From Candidatus Sulfomarinibacteraceae bacterium (GTDB lineage Bacteria > Acidobacteriota > Thermoanaerobaculia > Thermoanaerobaculales > Sulfomarinibacteraceae): DNA of 64,000 bases. Of this stretch, positions 61,701 to 64,000 are shown piece after piece. The stretch's first letter is position 1; every line of letters begins with the position of its first letter. Below the pieces are notes generated by a model. It had not been told where the DNA came from, did no database searches, and worked only from the letters and a program-made list of their open reading frames with translations. A program made the position numbers and the translations under genes. The stretch is from NCBI GenBank assembly GCA_963796455.1, contig CAWCLO010000007.1, forward strand, positions 96,001 to 160,000, in the 5' to 3' direction.

Positions 61701-61986
61701 CGCCGGTTACTTCCTGCCCAGCGTTTTCGGGGCGCCCGACGGCCGCGCGGCCTTTTGGGCGCCGATCGGTCTCGTCATCCTCGGCGGTCTCATCAGCTCG
61801 ACCTTTCTGACCGTGATGATCATCCCAACGGTCTACTCATTGATCGACGACCTCAGCACCTTTGTCCGGCGCATCGCTTCGACAGTTGTCCACGGCCCGA
61901 CGCAGGCCGTTCCAGTGCCCGTCCCCGTTCCTGTCCCCGAAGTTTCTCCCGACCCAGAAAATCCTACACATCGGAAAACACCATGA
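58783..61986 (+). CDS. RND efflux permease (AcrB/AcrD/AcrF family)
   Basis: GMLVDNSIVV, GIVVNNAIV, RLRPILMT; 1067 aa. Confidence 0.95.
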   Translation: MKVNPIIRFAVERRVTMAMAVLGVMVLGWLSLDRLPLEFFPSFSSSHISVDAPYPSSSPAETERLIVRPLEDSLSTINGVEQLTARSTSSSGNVSLRFVDGTDMDLAAVDVRDRVDRVRYRLPADLERVSIRRFQSSNRPVMRFHLSADWPREELYRFTDDVVVRRLQRLDGVADVQVRGTETREVQINLIPDRMAALGVNVRDVSSVIRENHQATSAGTVRERSKSFLVRVEGKLTDLEEIRALPLGRGLRLSDVATIEMAYPEQDEWDFLNGEEALSVQLYKASTANLLSMIDAAKAEIAAIRELPETDGLQINIYRDDSEDVRNGLSELRNTGLLGGALAVIFMYMFLRRFRSTLLIAIAIPVSVVVTFVFMYLSRQAGWTNLTLNIMSLMGLMLSIGMLVDNSIVVIESIFRHHEDLGEDAWTATLHGASEVALPIAASTLTTVCVFLPMVFLSSGGRFAIFMTNIGLTVVVVMAASLVVSLTVVPMVAARLLSGESAKAGRLWDRISGQYAKSLAFMLRHRLAFATAVILALVGSWYLYQNIERSFSTSSFERNLTIMVDAPKSYSVEQKRALYDEFYAVLDARRDELEIANITHTFRRGSGRSRHWSSDNRFNIYLVDEEQSKIDTGEIRDRIEALLPTHAGVNFTLTRSMRGRSGSGSSVEVQIRGDRLEILEIFAKRAVAGLRTMAAIRDADSSMESGDEEVVVRPDRERVLASGLSSQAVGQSVSSALSSRAVTYFEVGDREIDVVVQHREEDRRTLDQLKKLPLAFGDSKLTIGAVADFETSPGARSIERIDRQSTLTVTADVASGTPSFVAQKMAQQAVESLGLPAGYEVVEGEDWMRGEQDAGEALFLLAFALVLIYMVMASLFESFAQPFTIMFSVPFAFIGVGLIMTFAGQARSSSSDMGLIILAGIVVNNAIVLVDHINRLRKQGLPRDEAIVLGGRHRLRPILMTAMTTVLGLSPMVAGYFLPSVFGAPDGRAAFWAPIGLVILGGLISSTFLTVMIIPTVYSLIDDLSTFVRRIASTVVHGPTQAVPVPVPVPVPEVSPDPENPTHRKTP

Positions 61987-63443
61987 AGAAGTCCCTCTTT
62001 CCCACCCTTTTTCTCTTGCTCCTCACCCTTACGGCCTGCGGCGGTTCTTCAGACGAAAAGCAGGGAGGCGGCCGTAGCGGGGGCCCTCCGGGCTCCATGG
62101 GTGGAGCAATGGGGGGCGACCGGGCGTCGGCTTCGGTCCCTGTCCAGGTCAAGCCAGTGGCCCGGCGATCCATCTCACAGCACCTCGAGACCAACGGCAC
62201 CCTCGAGGCCGAGAACGAGGTCGATATCGTCGCCAGGACATCGGGGCCCGTGACCCAGATTCTGACCGAAGAAGGCCAGTTCATTCGCGCCGGTCAATTG
62301 ATCGCCAGAATCGACGATCGCGAGGCGAAGAATCAGGTCGCCATTGCCACCGTCGCACGCGACGAGGCGCAACTTTCCTTTGATCGGTCCAAAAAATCCT
62401 GGGACGATGGATTGGTCAGCCGTGAGTCCTACGACACCGCCTTGTCACAACTGAGCTCGACGACGGCGCAACTGGAATCCGCCGAAATCCAGCTCGCCTA
62501 CACCGAAATCCGGGCTCCATTTGACGGTCTCGTGGTGACTCGCGACATCAAGCTCGCCCAGTATGTGACCTCGGGCACGACGCTTTTCCGAATCTCCGAT
62601 TTCACTCCATTGCTGTGCCGGGTCGAGGTCCCCGAGAAAGATCTCCCGAGGATCAGCACAGGACAGACTGCACACATTCGCGTGGAGGCCTTCCCGCAAG
62701 AGAGGTTCTCCGCTTCGGTGGCCCGGATGCGGCCGACCGTAGATGCCGCCTCCGGGACTTTCACCGTGACCCTCGAGGTTGACGGGCAGGGCAAGCTGCG
62801 GCCCGGGATGTTCGCATCGGTCTTTCTCGAAACCGAAACCCGCAACGGCGTTCTGGTCATCCCCCGCGGCACGCTCGTCCTCGATTCGCTGGGTGACACC
62901 GTCTTTGTCAAATCGGGAGACGTGGCCGAACGCCGTGAGGTGGGTCTCGGTATTCGGGACGAAGAATCGGTGGAAATCGTCTCCGGGCTCAACGAGGGAG
63001 ATCTGCTGATCGTGATCGGTCAGGACGGACTCGCGGACGGAACCCCCATCTCGGTCCTCGGCGAGGAAACTCCATCCAGGGCCGCCGACGCCTCAACTCA
63101 GCCGGATTCCGGACCCCCACCCGAAGCAATCGAGGCCATGAAGAAACGCATGAAGGACCGTGGAATGTCGGAAGAGCAGATCGCAGAGAGGCTGCAACAG
63201 ATGCAGGCTGGAGCCGGCCGACCCGGCAGAGGGGGTCCCGGTCAGGGTGGCGGCCCGCCAGGAGGCATGGGTGGAGGCGGTGGTGAATCGGGCATCCCTC
63301 CCGCCATGGAAGAACGAATCAAGAATGCGTCGGAAGAAGAACTCGAACAGATCAAGGAGCGGATGAAACAATTCGGCATGTCCGATGAACGGATCGAAGA
63401 GGTCGTCAAAAAGGTTCGAAGCGAGGGTGGAGCCGAAAATTGA
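61983..63443 (+). CDS. RND periplasmic adaptor (MFP) lipoprotein with helical Gly/Met-rich C-terminal extension
   Basis: LTAC lipobox, IRAPFDG, LRPGMF. Confidence 0.93.
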   Translation: MKKSLFPTLFLLLLTLTACGGSSDEKQGGGRSGGPPGSMGGAMGGDRASASVPVQVKPVARRSISQHLETNGTLEAENEVDIVARTSGPVTQILTEEGQFIRAGQLIARIDDREAKNQVAIATVARDEAQLSFDRSKKSWDDGLVSRESYDTALSQLSSTTAQLESAEIQLAYTEIRAPFDGLVVTRDIKLAQYVTSGTTLFRISDFTPLLCRVEVPEKDLPRISTGQTAHIRVEAFPQERFSASVARMRPTVDAASGTFTVTLEVDGQGKLRPGMFASVFLETETRNGVLVIPRGTLVLDSLGDTVFVKSGDVAERREVGLGIRDEESVEIVSGLNEGDLLIVIGQDGLADGTPISVLGEETPSRAADASTQPDSGPPPEAIEAMKKRMKDRGMSEEQIAERLQQMQAGAGRPGRGGPGQGGGPPGGMGGGGGESGIPPAMEERIKNASEEELEQIKERMKQFGMSDERIEEVVKKVRSEGGAEN

Positions 63444-63600
63444 ACCACCAAGGCATCAAGTTCACCAAGATATTTTTCGGGGTAGAGGATTCGACCTCCC
63501 GCAGCACCTGCGCCGAAACACTGCCCGGACCAGGATGTTTCTCATGGCAGTCCCGGTGTCTTGGTGGTGAAATCTCCACGATCTACGATCGGTTGGCGTC

Positions 63601-64000
63601 ATGAAGATCGTAGATATCGCGATTCGTCGACCGGTCACGATCTTCATATTCTCGGTGGCGGCTGTGGTTTTTGGCGTCGTCGCCTTCAAGAATCTCGCCG
63701 TCAACCTCCTCCCGGACATCACCTATCCATCGCTCACCGTCCGAACCACCTACGAAGGCACCGCTCCGGTGGAGATCGAGAGCCTGCTCACGCGACCGGT
63801 GGAGAACGCCGTCGGCGTGGTCAACAACGTGGTCCGCGTGACCTCTTCATCGAGGGCCGATGTCTCTGAAGTGACCCTCGAGTTCGCGTGGGACACCAAT
63901 ATGGATTTCGCCGCCCTCGATGTCCGCGATCGTCTCGATCGCGTCCGTTTGCCGATCGATGCCGAACTTCCGGTGCTGCTGCGCTACGACCCCTCCCTGG
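63601..64000 (+). CDS. Second RND permease, truncated at the window end
   Basis: Manual translation MKIVDIAIRRPVTIFIFSVAAVVFG...LLPDITYPSLTVRTTYEGTAPVEIESLLTRPVE. Confidence 0.92.
   Translation, partial: MKIVDIAIRRPVTIFIFSVAAVVFGVVAFKNLAVNLLPDITYPSLTVRTTYEGTAPVEIESLLTRPVENAVGVVNNVVRVTSSSRADVSEVTLEFAWDTNMDFAALDVRDRLDRVRLPIDAELPVLLRYDPSL

Overview
GC-rich bacterial chromosomal segment. Gene content suggests a Gram-negative anaerobe; an Acidobacteriota/Thermoanaerobaculia-like origin is only a guess. It mixes housekeeping genes (kdsA-pyrG-kdsB, polA, metG, kdsC-thyA-folA, leuS) with a run of about 20 small accessory genes (7.8-17.9 kb), a redox/signalling operon (Rrf2, divergent macrodomain, HmcE/HmcF-like pair with a fused receiver domain, Cys-PAS kinase, response regulators), a DUF1800/DUF1501 pair, a cobalamin riboswitch with a TonB receptor, and a CpxRA/Spy-like locus beside an RND efflux cluster. 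The most striking signal is non-coding: six copies of a ~460-670 bp nested, highly palindromic element. It has terminal inverted repeats (CACTCTTGTCCAA...TTGGACAAGAGTG), and in the three copies that can be tested it sits at an AT dinucleotide in phase inside heptamer tandem repeats. It carries differently deleted remnants of a four-helix-bundle (23S-IVS/Avd-like) gene whose Shine-Dalgarno lies in a hairpin. In three copies the gene is replaced by a REP doublet, and one copy has its core inverted relative to its ends. Several other heptamer/hexamer/9-mer inverted-repeat mini-elements fill intergenic spaces. The ORF track missed a probable selenoprotein (AhpD/CMD-like, CxxU, with a SECIS-like hairpin). 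kdsB and leuS each carry one frameshift, probably sequencing errors.
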